A stretch of 63,727 bases of DNA, filler included, from Octopus bimaculoides (taxonomy: Eukaryota): assembly GCF_001194135.2 (NCBI RefSeq). It is 5 parts of 4 records of this genome, joined end to end, with 100 filler letters (N's around TTAATTAATTAA, not from the genome) between each part and the next. Parts side by side here need not be neighbours in the genome. Positions count along the whole stretch, not along the records: positions 1 to 16,549 come from NC_068989.1; positions 16,650 to 28,167 come from NC_068989.1; 3 more parts are not named here. The stretch is one strand, 5' to 3'. How positions within the stretch are numbered: the stretch's first letter is position 1; every line of letters begins with the position of its first letter. The notes beneath the pieces are model-generated. The model had not been told where the DNA came from, did not search any database, and saw only the letters and a program-made list of their open reading frames with translations. The position numbers and the translations under genes were made by a program. Positions 12,870 to 25,304 of the stretch are shown piece after piece.

Positions 12870-15751
12870 GTAAATACCTTTGTTTGTTTAACCTTTGACT
12901 TCATCTATTTAAAACCCTCAGCCCTCGAGCAATAGGTTCAAATGTTTTCGTAGGTGTTGAAAACTATCTGGAGGCAACTTCGAAAAGGCATTACCTTGTC
13001 ATTCCAAACGACAAGATAAAAAAACATTTCTAATTTGTACAGTAATCTATCACGCTAGACGCTATTTACGACTAATTCTAATGTCTAGTTCTTATCGTGT
13101 TCTCTACTTTATATATTCCCTACAGTCGTTGTCTGCTAGTAATTCCTACGTTTTATGGGCCTTAACTTATCTTTTGCCAGATTGTGATCTTTTATGCTGT
13201 TAGTCTCTAATCTTCTTTACTGTGTCTCCCGTAGCTCCTATGTTATCCATCGATTACCATCAATGTTATATGTCAATTATTTGTTCTAATATATTGCTAT
13301 TAAGGTTAAACAAATTCGCCTTCTAATTATTAAAAGACATCGAAAATTAAATGGATTTGTCACACGGGTGCTCGATAGTAAACAAAAAACGACAGAGTTA
13401 AAACAATAATTTTAGTTTAAAAACCAGTACAAGTAGCATGAATAACATCAATAACAGCATAATTGTTTTGCCTCCTCGATATGGAGTAGCTCTTGAAAAA
13501 AAATAATAAAATACAGACGTGGTATGTTGAGAAAAATAGTATCTTCTTGCTCAATTTTCCCATGATTAGTGAGAAGTTTCCATATACTCTCTAAAATAAA
13601 CAGAGAGAGGGTTGTAGCCGATGAGTGGCAGGAATTTTGATCTCTTGACTAAAATATGTGCCTCTGTTTAAGTTCAAGATGAGTCGAAGAAGTAAGCACA
13701 AACCGTGTGCTATAGGCTTACCTACTGCGTCGTGCCGCACTATATAGGAAAAGAATATAATGATAACAGCCAGAGATATTGACACCAATATTGAATCTTG
13801 GCTTGTCATCACCTTCGCAGTATCTTTGTAAAAACGGGCAAAGTGTGTTATAAACATATATCAAATACGATGTATGATTACAACCTAGCAACGTAACCTT
13901 AAAAGAGGTTATATTACTAGGACGTTGTCTGATTTTGCATATAAGTTTTGGTACATTACAAATAGACATAGCAATCGTAGTTGGCAAGGGCTGGGTCACC
14001 AAAGTTGATGTAGTCAATTATATCAGTTTACTGATTGTATAGAATGTACTTAAAGTTAGAATCTTATTTCACTATTTTAATTGCTGTTTGTAGTTTGGCA
14101 TTGCTGTTGTGCAGCTAGAATTAGGCTTCCTATTGTCGCTTTTAGCCCAGTAGTTTTAAGCCATTGTTAACTTTCCTTTTCGTTTATTTCTCCTCTATCG
14201 AGTCTTTAAACTCCATGAGTTGCTGCTGTTATATTCTTATCTGAATATTTAATCGCAGTGTAGTTAATTTCTGGTTTCTATTTAATCATTTCCTTACTAA
14301 AGAAAAAAGTCTATTTCCGTGTTTCCTTAATTAACTTATCAACTTTCTTTTGCTTCTAAGTATTTTCTGGTTCACCAGATATTTTACAGTATGATAACTT
14401 TAGCTAGAGCACGAGTAGGAGTATTCTATCGATAACACCTTGGTGGGCGGTGAGGGAGGATATTATTTCAATATTTAAAGTGTTGTAGTTGTTTGCAGAT
14501 TGGCATTGGCATTAATCAACTATAATTAGCTTTGCTGTTTCTGCATTTACGTAACCAAGAATATTAGAGGCATTCTTGGCTTTCACTCTTTGTGGAACTT
14601 TGCGGAATATTGGCCGCGAAGCGGTCTCTCAATTTTTTTTTCTGCAGTATATTTTGGATTTCTACTTTGATTTTGATTTTTTCTTTAATTTTTATGTTCT
14701 TTTGTTCTTGTCTACATCGTTTTATTCTGTGTAGTTAATTTCCTGCTTGTATTAACTATATATATATAAGCAAACTTTAGGTTTCTGCTCAGTAACTGCA
14801 GTGCTACAGTAAATTTGCCTTAAAGTTGAAATATACCCCCTAACATATTTTAACTACTCTAAAGTTCGCTTATGCGTAAAACTGCTTGACGATGATACTG
14901 TTGGATTTCTCCCAACCTGGCGGCCTATTAGCGCAACTCAATCAATGTTGTCGACTATGTTTTAGCTAAAGCTATGGCTTTAGATCTGCCCAGAGATACC
15001 TCTCTTCAGTATATCCTATTGATAACGGTTAAAGCGGTAGAAACACTGCGTCTAGGAATTCGTCAGGTATGGTGTTTTTAAACCTTTTACCATAAGAGAC
15101 AATATTTTCTCCACGGTAACTGCAGTGAATTTGCCATTTGAAGTTGAAATATGCTATAAACGTATTTGTACTAGCCTAAAGTTTGCTTATGCTTAAACAC
15201 TGATACTTATTTTGAAGCTGTTTATACGCGGATGATTAGCGTATTTCTACATACAATCTCATCGCTAACCTTGAAATGACTTCTTTAATAATACTTCTCT
15301 ACGAATCTTTTCTTATTTTCCCTTTAATTTCTTATCTACTTCCATAGATAGTTCTGGTCTTATTCTCTGGTTTCGATATTTGTATTTTACTCAATATTCT
15401 CAGTTTTAATAAATTTATTTCTTTTTATAGTAGCGTTGGCATTTTTGTCTAACCGTAGACTCACGTTTATGGTTTAGCCAAAATTGTAAAAAGTTTGTCA
15501 CGTTTTCCTTCTGGATATCATCACTTCTAAATATTTCCAAGTCTTCCGAATAGAAACGAAGGTTTATAGTTTGTACATAACATGGCGGTTTGGTTCAACA
15601 GATTTGTAAATGGGGTTAGCGCTGAGTAAAAAAGTAGGGGGAGCTAATGTGTCTCCTTGCAACAGTTCTCTTCTCATGACTCCGGTGTTGACTTTGTTTG
15701 CCTGCGTGAGTGAGTGAATGAGTAAGTGCTTGCGTATGTGCGTGCGTGTAT

Positions 15752-15847
<96 letters not shown>
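15752..15847 (+). repeat. (TG)n microsatellite just upstream of the GCNT catalytic exon acceptor
   Basis: Perfect GT repeat ending about 45 nt before the acceptor AG. Representative of dozens of (TA), (TG), (AG), (TACA) and (GATA) tracts in the window. Confidence 0.97.
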
Positions 15848-15848
<1 letters not shown>

Positions 15849-15890
15849 TTTTATCTGCTTAGCTTTAAATCATTTTTCTTTTCTCGCCAG

Positions 15891-16432
15891 GATGAATTTG
15901 CTTCGTCGAATGCAGAAACATACTCTATTTTACATCCACACGTTTTTTTACCAATTGGAGAATATACTAAAAAATTGTGCAAAGATTGTGATGAATTTCG
16001 GAAACGTGGCAGGTATGTCTCTATGGAGAATGTTACAAACGAAGAAAAGGACTTTCCTCTCGCTTATTCCATCGTACTTTACAAAGAACCCGATCAAGTT
16101 GAACACTTACTGAGGGCCATTTACCGTCCACACAACTACTATTGCATTCACGTTGATAAAAGTTCTGATCCTTTGATATTGAGTGACGTGAAAGCGATAG
16201 CAGAGTGTTTACCTAATGTTTACATTGCATCTCACATTATCGACGTTGAATGGGGAAAATTTTCTGAAACTGAAGCAGAGTTAATCTGCATGAAGGATTT
16301 ATTAAAATATAAAAAATGGAAGTATTTCATAAACTTAACGGGACAGGAATATCCGTTGAAAACCAATCTACAGATTGTACGTATTGCTAAAGCGTTTAAA
16401 GGAGCTAACGACATTGCTGGAGTACGTGGAAA
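15891..16432 (+). CDS. GCNT1-like: Internal coding exon of a core-2/I-branching beta-1,6-N-acetylglucosaminyltransferase (GT14, GCNT family); family-level call, orthology unresolved
   Basis: Translation contains EEKDFPLAYSIVLYK..VEHLLRAIYRPHNYYCIHVDKSS, CLPNVYIAS, AELICMKDLL and WKYFINLTGQEYPLKTNLQIV, collinear with GCNT1 ([47 protein letters not shown]). Acceptor is a pyrimidine tract + CAG at 15888-15890 (phase 0); donor AA|GTAAGT at 16433 (phase 2). Confidence 0.95.
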
Positions 16433-16649
16433 GTAAGTATTACGCTTTGGTCGTATAGTTTTGCTGTTTTTGCCGTTTTCTACATTGCATTCCTAAACTG
16501 AAAGTTTTTCTTACGATTGTATAAAACAGGACGGGTAAGAAGAGGCATANNNNNNNNNNNNNNNNNNNNNNNNNNNNNNNNNNNNNNNNNNNNTTAATTA
16601 ATTAANNNNNNNNNNNNNNNNNNNNNNNNNNNNNNNNNNNNNNNNNNNN

Positions 16650-16702
<53 letters not shown>

Positions 16703-17328
16703 TACATGTACTAAATGTAACGCATCTAAATTCACCTGAATTAAAGAATATTATTTTTAAAATTTGTACGCAACATATAGTTAACAATAATGGTTTCAAA
16801 TTTTGGCACAAGGCGGGGTAGGGGACTCCAGTATTCAACTGGTATTTATTTTATCGACCCAGGAAGTATGGAAGGCAAAGTCGGCCTTGGCGGCATTTGA
16901 ACTCAGAACGTAAAGACGGACGAAATGCCGCTAAGCACTTTTGTCCGTCTTGTTAACGATTCTGCCTGTCCTCCGCCTTCATATAGTTAACAGTAATAAA
17001 ATTCAGATGTTGTGATATAAATCTCCCTCGGAAGTGGGGAACTTGCGGACTTACGAAGTGCTGAGTGCAGCCTTCTGAAAAATGCACAAAGTCTGAGAAA
17101 ATATAATTATACTGGAATATATTTTTGTGTATTCAAATTTAATTAGAGTCTATCCTTTCAACTAGGAGACTGATGTTAAGGGTGATTACGATTACGACTA
17201 CGATCTTGATGCTGATGATGCTGATGATGCCGATAATGATAATTATAGCAATGGTTATTAAAACGTTCTGGTATGTGTCAGGTACAGATAATACATTGTT
17301 TGCCTGACACTGGGGACTCTCTCTGTTC

Positions 17329-17367
<39 letters not shown>

Positions 17368-18598
17368 TCTCTCTCTCTCTTTGTTTTTGATGGGGGTGGG
17401 GTGAGGGAGAATGCCACTATCCCCAGATCTTGGCGTGCACTTTAATTTATCGATCTCAGAAATGCAAAGTTAACCTCAGCGGAATTTGAACTCAGAATTT
17501 TAAGAGCTGGAACAAATGTCGCAAGACATTTGACCAAAGATCTAAACGAATCGGCCAGCTGGCCACTTTTAATTGCTTTAAATTTTAGTGACAAGGCCAG
17601 CACTTTAGACGAAAGGGGTTAGTCAATACCACAGACTACAGTGCTATACTGGTGTTATATTTCATCAGCTCACTGAGGGATGAACGGTCATCATGATTTC
17701 GATGGGATTTGAACTCAGCATGTAAAATGCCAGAAGAAATCCCGCAAACCATTTTTCCAACGCTCCAGCGATTCTGTCGGTTCACTGCCTTTAGAAAATG
17801 AAATACCGTCATCTGTATTTATTGACTAAACGTAGACTCCAAACGACAGCATTCTAAAAGTGAATTGCACCGAATGTGTTTCATCGCCGATTGGTCAGGA
17901 ATGAACATGTGATGTGCAAACACTAATAAGCCATAGTGAGCTGGGTTGTATTTTTGCATTGTTTTTAGCTCAGAATTTGGTGATGTGACGAAAGCCACAT
18001 CATGAATTAATGTGACCTGAAAAATCAATTAGGACGTGGGGAACAATTCATGTGCTTTGTTGTTGACAACAATGAAATTACTCCAAAAAGGATGTCGAAA
18101 TAAAGCACTCGTGGTTACATTCACACGCACTGTTTTTAACATTGCTAATCGCTATTATGAAGGGTCACCGTATCAAATTAGTATGCACTAAAAAAAAAAA
18201 AAAAAAAGGAAAAGAAATTATCACAGAAAGGGTTTTATTACAGCTCAAACTACAGTTCTGATTCCAAATATCACTTACGAATTATGGTTTCTCACAAACA
18301 ACACCATGACATCATGTCATCACAACATCACAAAAATCATACCATTATAGCTTTAGCTAAGCTTTACACAAAAAAAAATCAACGGAGAACCAGAGTGTAT
18401 TGGTGTAAGATTTATTTAGTTACAGTTAGTGAAACGCATGAGGGCGACAGCCGTCGGTTATCTCGTGCTTCGAAGAAGTTTCGCCTAACCGGAAGTCTGC
18501 TTCAATGCAGACCAGCTCCCTAGCTATCTCGCAGCGAAGTTCATGTCTACAGCTCGTCCGTCATAAGTCCTTGAGCAGTGTTCCACCACCATTACAAC

Positions 18599-18969
18599 CA
18601 GCACTGGATTAACCATTAAGCAAGATAACCACGTGCTTAGGGCATCAAGAGAAGGTGGGGACACCAGAGAAATGGTAAATGGTTTACGGCACTAAGTATA
18701 GATGCAGATGTGTTACCTAAGATTAATTTTGAAGCTCTGATCAAAGACTTTGCAATTCAAAAAAATAGGAGGAAACTTTTCAAATATAAATAAAGTGGAA
18801 GTACACAAAAATAAACATTATTTTACCTCTTACTGTTTTGTTTCATTTTGAAAAATAAAAATTTATTTTATGATTTGTTATTGTTTATATTTTGAACTAC
18901 ATAATCTTTTATAGGGGCACCAAAATCTTTTAAGTGCTTAGGGCCTCGATGGGTCTTAACCCGGCCCTG
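18599..18969 (+). mobile_element. Non-autonomous hAT element (371 bp) retaining only the transposase C-terminus
   Basis: Imperfect TIRs CAGCACTGGATTAA / TTAACCCGGCCCTG; 8-bp TSD attacaac (18591-18598) / atcacaac (18970-18977); internal ALSIDADVLPKINFEALIKDFAIQKNRRKLFKYK* resembles the end of the hAT dimerisation domain. Confidence 0.8.
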
Positions 18970-19560
18970 ATCACAACACTACAGTACTACTCCAACACAA
19001 GCCAACGCCACCAAACACTGCAGTATTAACACAAATCTCACCATCACAATCTCACGCCATTATATCTCTGCTACAATTCAGTACGACGTAACACAACAAT
19101 AAAACACCATCACAATACTACAACACTACCATCACGACACTGCAACACCATTACAAAAATATAACATCGTCACAATACTATACATCACGCATTCACAACT
19201 CTACATTATTACACCATTATAACTCTAAAACATCATCACAACATCGCATCAGGACAACGTCACACCATCACTGCACCACAACACCATCACTATATCACTA
19301 TACCGCCACGCAATTGCAATACCATCACAGTACTATCCCATTGCATCATCACAACATTATCACATTATAACAAACTCCATTACTTTATCACAACATTATT
19401 AGAAACTCCATCACAACGTTACCACAATCGCAAGATTATTACAACGCCATCGTAACACACCATCATATTGTTCCCATACCAACACAACATACCACCAAGC
19501 CTTCACACCATACCAAACCTTCACAGCACTAATATACCAGCATACTATTATATAATCGCA
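18970..19560 (+). repeat. Degenerate CA-rich low-complexity tract (ACAACACCATCAC-like units)
   Basis: Recurrent CACCATCAC/ACAAC motifs; similar sequence precedes the hAT insertion (18290-18350, 18580-18598). Confidence 0.7.
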
Positions 19561-19587
19561 GTTTCAGCACCAAATAACAATATCTCT

Positions 19588-19789
19588 TGTCCACTCTAAG
19601 CACAAAGCCCGAAATTTTGGGGAGGGAGGGCCAGTCGATTAGATCGACCCCAGTACGCAACTGGTACTTAATTTATCGACCCCGGAAGGATGAAAGGCAA
19701 AGTCGACCTCGGCGGAATTTGAACTCGGGACGTAAAGACAGATGAAATACCGCTAAGCATCTCGCCCGTCTCTGCCAGCTCGCCGCCTT
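19588..19789 (-). mobile_element. tRNA-headed SINE family B, complete insertion with TSD
   Basis: Minus strand GGCGGCGAGCTGGCAGA..GAGTTCAAATTCCGCCGAGGTCGACTTTGCCTTTCATCCTT..; 17-bp TSD caaataacaatatctct (19571-19587) / caaatgacaatatctct (19790-19806). Confidence 0.9.
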
Positions 19790-22394
19790 CAAATGACAAT
19801 ATCTCTAATGGAACAATTAATCTAACATTCTCCTCCGCAGATGATTTAGTCTAAATATGCATGTATGTATGTATGTATGTATTATGTATGTATGTATGTA
19901 TGTATGGACTAGAAGCCATCTTGTTATTAATGAGTCACGGTTAAATACTTCATGTTTTTTTAATGAATCCCATCCGTCTTCCTCTTTTCTATCTTGCTCT
20001 CTCCGCTCCTCTCGTTATCTTGTCCTTTCCTTCCTGTTTCTCTTCTTCCATACTTCCACACTGCCCTTCTTACCATCCTTCTGCCGATTCAGTCTATTTT
20101 TCTTTAATTTCCTCTTACTTTTCTTTTTTCTTTCTTTCGTTCTTTTTTTATTATTTTTTTTCTTAACGCCATTGGTAAAGATGGCGGTAATCGTGATGGT
20201 CATGTTTAGCTTATATATTATTCAGCTACAAGAAGATCAACAGCATCCGTGACCATGTACAGTTTTTCCATGACTGATGAGAGGAAGTTAACCTTTTGCC
20301 GCAGACTTCTCGCAAATGTAGATCAACCAGATGTAGGGTAATTATTTAATTACACGATCGAGACGGGAAATTATCTCAGTTTATGCATTCAGTCACACAC
20401 ATACATACATCATATGTCTTTTATGTATGAGAATAAGAACTTATCGTCAGTGTACATTGTTAAATCATTTATCTTTTACTCGTTTCAGTCACTGGTATGC
20501 GGCCATCTTTGATACCGCCTTAAAAGATTTTGTCAAACAAATCGACTCCAGGACTTATTTTTAAGGCGTGGTATCAGTCTCTTTTGTCGACCCGCTAAAT
20601 TACGGGAATGTAAGCAAACGAACATCGGATGACAAGCGGTTTTAGCGAACGACCACAAAGACACACACACACACGCATACACACACACACACACACACGA
20701 TATATATANNNNNNNNNNNNNNNNNNNNNNNNNNNNNNNNNNNNNNNNNNNNNNNNNNNNNNNNNNNNNNNNNNNNNNNNNNNNNNNNNNNNNNNNNNNN
20801 NNNNNNNNNNNNNNNNNNNNNNNNNNNNNNNNNNNNNNNNNNNNNNNNNNNNNNNNNNNNNNNNNNNNNNNNNNNNNNNNATATATATATATATATATAT
20901 ATAAAAGCTGCACCTTCTGCCAAGTCATGTCACGCCTGTTTGTCAGAATAGGTTCATCAAATTAGTATGTTCTCAAGGTCAAATTTACAGCTTCCATATC
21001 GGATTGTGGTTGGTAGAGAGAACACGCTGACGCCTTCGTCCTGCATTGGACTGAACATAGGCAATACAATACAGTCCAGTCCAATCCATATGCGCGGGAG
21101 CACATCATACACGCATACACACACATGCACGCAGGCGCCCAAACAAACAAACACAACATACATACACACTCACATGGTTGAAAAGGAAGATTATAGAAGT
21201 TAGGGAAAAGTATGAGAAAAATAAAAATGACTGTAGAGCGACATGAAGCGATACATGGAAGACGCTTGTTAGAATTACAATATCACGTGACAGCAGTAGG
21301 CAGAGGAGAAAGACAGCGAGGAGAGGAATATATATATATATATANNNNNNNNNNNNNNNNNNNNNNNNNNNNNNNNNNNNNNNNNNNNNNNNNNNNNNNN
21401 NNNNNNNNNNNNNNNNNNNNNNNNNNNNNNNNNNNNNNNNNNNNNNNNNNNNNNNNNNNNNNNNNNNNNNNNNNNNNNNNNNNNNNNNNNNNNNNNNNNN
21501 NNNNNNNNNNNNNNNNNNNNNNNNNNNNNNNNNNNNNNNNNNNNNNNNNNNNNNNNNNNNNNNNNNNNNNNNNNNNNNNNNNNNNNNNNNNNNNNNNNNN
21601 NNNNNNNNNNNNNNNNNNNNNNNNNNNNNNNNNNNNNNNNNNNNNNNNNNNNNNNNNNNNNNNNNNNNNNNNNNNNNNNNNNNNNNNNNNNNNNNNNNNN
21701 NNNNNNNNNNNNNNNNNNNNNNNNNNNNNNNNNNNNNNNNNNNNNNNNNNNNNNNNNNNNNNNNNNNNNNNNNNNNNNNNNNNNNNNNNNNNNNNNNNNN
21801 NNNNNNNNNNNNNNNNNNNNNNNNNNNNNNNNNNNNNNNNNNNNNNNNNNNNNNNNNNNNNATATATATATATGCATATATGGGTACGAGACGTCACCAA
21901 CTGTGCAAGCAACATGAAATACGTAGAGACGAGAAAAAATGGAAAACAAGACAAGTAATCACAGAGAAAGGACCCTTTATCAGTTGTCGGCTGTCTATCT
22001 ACTCCTCATTTCGAGCATTCAACAACAATATGAGTCTTCAAAGACAGCTGCTCCCATAAATTCTAAAAAGAAATTTAGGATTTACGGAGGTTCAAAGTTG
22101 AGAACAAAAACATGACAGTGGAGACAGACAAGGAAATTGAGCGAAAATAAGAATGGAGGGTCGTTAGACCTGAACGAGAGGAAAATAGTGAACGCTGGGA
22201 GAAATATTTTCTTTGAAATGAGAAAAGATAGAAGAGAGAGAGAGAGAGAAAGTAAAAGTCCAGTCCTTTGAACCCACGTGCAGGAAAGGAAAGATGGTCA
22301 TGACAGGAAAAAAAGATGGACGATGGTCACGTGTGAGAAACAAGAAAGAGTAAAAGAGAAAGATGGGAAGAGAGAGACAGATAAAAAACGTTGA

Positions 22395-22458
<64 letters not shown>

Positions 22459-22647
22459 NNNNNNNNNNNNNNNNNNNNNNNNNNNNNNNNNNNNNNNNNN
22501 NNNNNNNNNNNNNNNNNNNNNNNNNNNNNNNNNNNNNNNNNNNNNNNNNNNNNNNNNNNNNNNNNNNNNNNNNNNNNNNNNNNNNNNNNNNNNNNNNNNN
22601 NNNNNNNNNNNNNNNNNNNNNNNNNNNNNNNNNNNNNNNNNNNNNNN

Positions 22648-22704
<57 letters not shown>

Positions 22705-23698
22705 CGCGCACGGATGCATCCGCCGCTTCACAAACGTCTGCCAAATTTCGTAACCCAGTTTTTCATTTCACAATTGGTTAAGCTCATTTCACTCCCAGAT
22801 GGTGTATGCAGTTATTGTTGTCAGTCACAATTGAATAGATCTATTCCGTTTTCTATTCAGATGCAGTACTTTTATTTTTATTATTTTAAGTTCAAATCGT
22901 ACTGAGGTCAGCTTTACCCTTCTTCTTTCGCAAGGTTAACAAATTAAAGTATCACTTAAGTACTGGGGTCGATTTAATATTCCTATACTGCATCCTAGAA
23001 GCGAATGAAATGCTAGAAGATAAGACAAGATAGTGGAGTATATTTCACTGCTATTTTTAGTAGGTCAAACATACACATAGCGTCTTCTCCTTTGGCACAT
23101 CCAATTATACGATTAAATATTTAGGCAATAACACAAACGTTCACAACTTATCGTTCAGACTTGCTACAGCTCTAATGTCGATGGAAAGTGTGTGTGTGTG
23201 GGGGGGGGTAAACATCTGATGATAGTGATGATAATGATGGGGATGATGATTCTTCTGATGCGGTGGTGATAGAGATGATACTGATATAGTCAAAACTCGG
23301 TTATCAGAAAAATCAGTTATCCAAACAAAATATTCTCAATCTGTCTCGTTCAAAGCCGTCGAAATCTAACTATATATCGACGACCTGTATACAGACACAG
23401 TACACGCACACACACACACACACACACACGCACACATGCACACACACACACATGCACATGTACGTATGCATATTGTTGAAAATTTGGATGAAAACACTTG
23501 GTACGCGTACAATATCTCAGAAATCTGCTTTTCACAAATTCAAAAGTATCAAACAAAAATTATCTTTTTAAAAACAGATTAACACAGACCTGATGGATGA
23601 TATGAAGCAGATTTTTGTGTAAGCGCTTTCAACCGCGATTGTCTCTTTAGACACCTGTCTAAACAAAATCTAATCTCTTTTAAAGAATACTTTAAATA

Positions 23699-23734
<36 letters not shown>

Positions 23735-23738
<4 letters not shown>

Positions 23739-24250
23739 CAGGCATGAGAGCTGTAGTTAGGACGTTCGTTCATAGCTACAGGTGTTTAGAGTTCAGTCCC
23801 AGTATGCGGCACTTTGGACAGGTGCCTTCTAGTTTGGCTTTATGCCAACCAATACCTTGCGAGTAAGTATGCGTGTTCGCACGCGCGTGTGTGCGTGCGT
23901 GCGTATTTCTTAGCGCTTGACAGCGATGTAGATTTGGTTATGAATCTGTAGTTTGGTAGTTCGGAAAAAAGAAAGCGATAGAGTAAGTCCCAGAACTGGG
24001 GTCGATTTTATCGACAAAATGCTCTTTAAGGTGGTGATCCGGCATGACCGAAGTTGTGTTTATGCCCCCGTACCCTAGCGGTTAGGCAAAAGAGTCCGAT
24101 AGAATAAGCACTAGGCTTACAGAGAATAAGTACTACCGATAGAATAAGTATTAGGCTTACAAAGAATAAGTCCTGGTGTCGATTTGATCGACTAAAGGCG
24201 GGGCTCCAGCATGGCCGCAGTCAAATGGCTGAAATAAGTAAAAGAATAAA
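23735..24250 (+). mobile_element. SINE family A, near full length, with an internal ~40-bp tandem duplication
   Basis: Head ..GTTCAGTCCC.., tail GGGGCTCCAGCATGGCCGCAGTCAAATGGCTGAAATAAGTAAAAG; CCGATAGAATAAG..TAGGCTTACA..GAATAAGT is duplicated at about 24095-24170. Confidence 0.8.
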
Positions 24251-25193
24251 CGAATATATGCCATAACACAATTCTATACACGGGGGACTTTTGCTTCAAG
24301 TTCAGCCATATGCACTCTGATACGAAATAGCTAGTTTATATCTTCAATTTCTTTCCATAGAATGTTTACCTCTTGACATAAATACAAAAATATTAACAAT
24401 TAAGGCACATGTGGTCAGTATATATAAAGATACAGCCTTCAAAGCTGTTCTATCCTAAGACTATACGCTCATTATAACCAATGTAGACTTTACCCCCATC
24501 TCAAGGAGAAAACGCTTCAGAAATAATACATTTCCAAAGAAAATTGTGTATTTCATGATTCTCTATAAGCTTTCAACAATATAGTTTTCAAAATAATCGT
24601 GGTAATACCAATCATATATGATTTCATACGCACTTTTACTTCAAAAGAACGCTGTGTGGCGGATTTTCGTAACTTTTTCGTAACACCAGACTTGCAGTAT
24701 GTACATGACTTTATGCCAATTATATTGCTTGTTTATGGTTTTTATAAGATATACTTTTCAGGACTTAGGTAGACGAGAGTTCAGGTAAGCAACCTCAATG
24801 AATGTTCAGAAGGCGGAGCACATGTCGGTCCTACTCTCACGCTTATCTACTGAAGATTCTGTAACATCACATGGTTCTTTCACTGAGAAATTGAATATGC
24901 CTGTCTATCTGTCTGTCTGTCTGTCTGTATGTATGTATGTATGTATGTATGTATGTATGTATGTATGTATGTATGTATGTGTGTATGTATGTGTCTGTGT
25001 GCAACACTAAAACTCGAGAACTACTCAATCAATTTCATTCAAATTTTACACATACACTACTTATACTGTTTCGGTATTATGTGTCAAAAGTGAAACAATA
25101 ACATCACTATTATAATGTGAGATAATAGTTTCAGTTATAATAGTGTAACTATTAAAACTGAAACTACTATCTCACATTACATATATACAGACA

Positions 25194-25242
<49 letters not shown>

Positions 25243-25253
25243 ATGTATGGAGG

Positions 25254-25304
<51 letters not shown>

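Noticed and set aside
16594-16605. TTAATTAATTAA islands inside N runs (also 28212-28223, 42985-42996, 61692-61703)
   Set aside because: Each is exactly 44 N + 12 nt + 44 N = 100 nt, and the 12-mer puts stop codons in all six frames. This is an assembly gap placeholder, not biology.
17275-17310. GTGTCAGG..CCTGACAC hairpin as a pre-miRNA
   Set aside because: The stem-loop is only about 36 nt and does not extend into the flanks, too short for a Drosha substrate.
22060-22110. FRIYGGS as a GT14 GGS/KGS motif
   Set aside because: Flanking residues are unrelated to GT14, the frame closes within a few codons, and no phase-2 acceptor was found.
24340-24790. Possible exon between TTTCCATAG and CAG|GTAAGC
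   Set aside because: Frames I translated on both strands hit stops and showed no recognisable homology.
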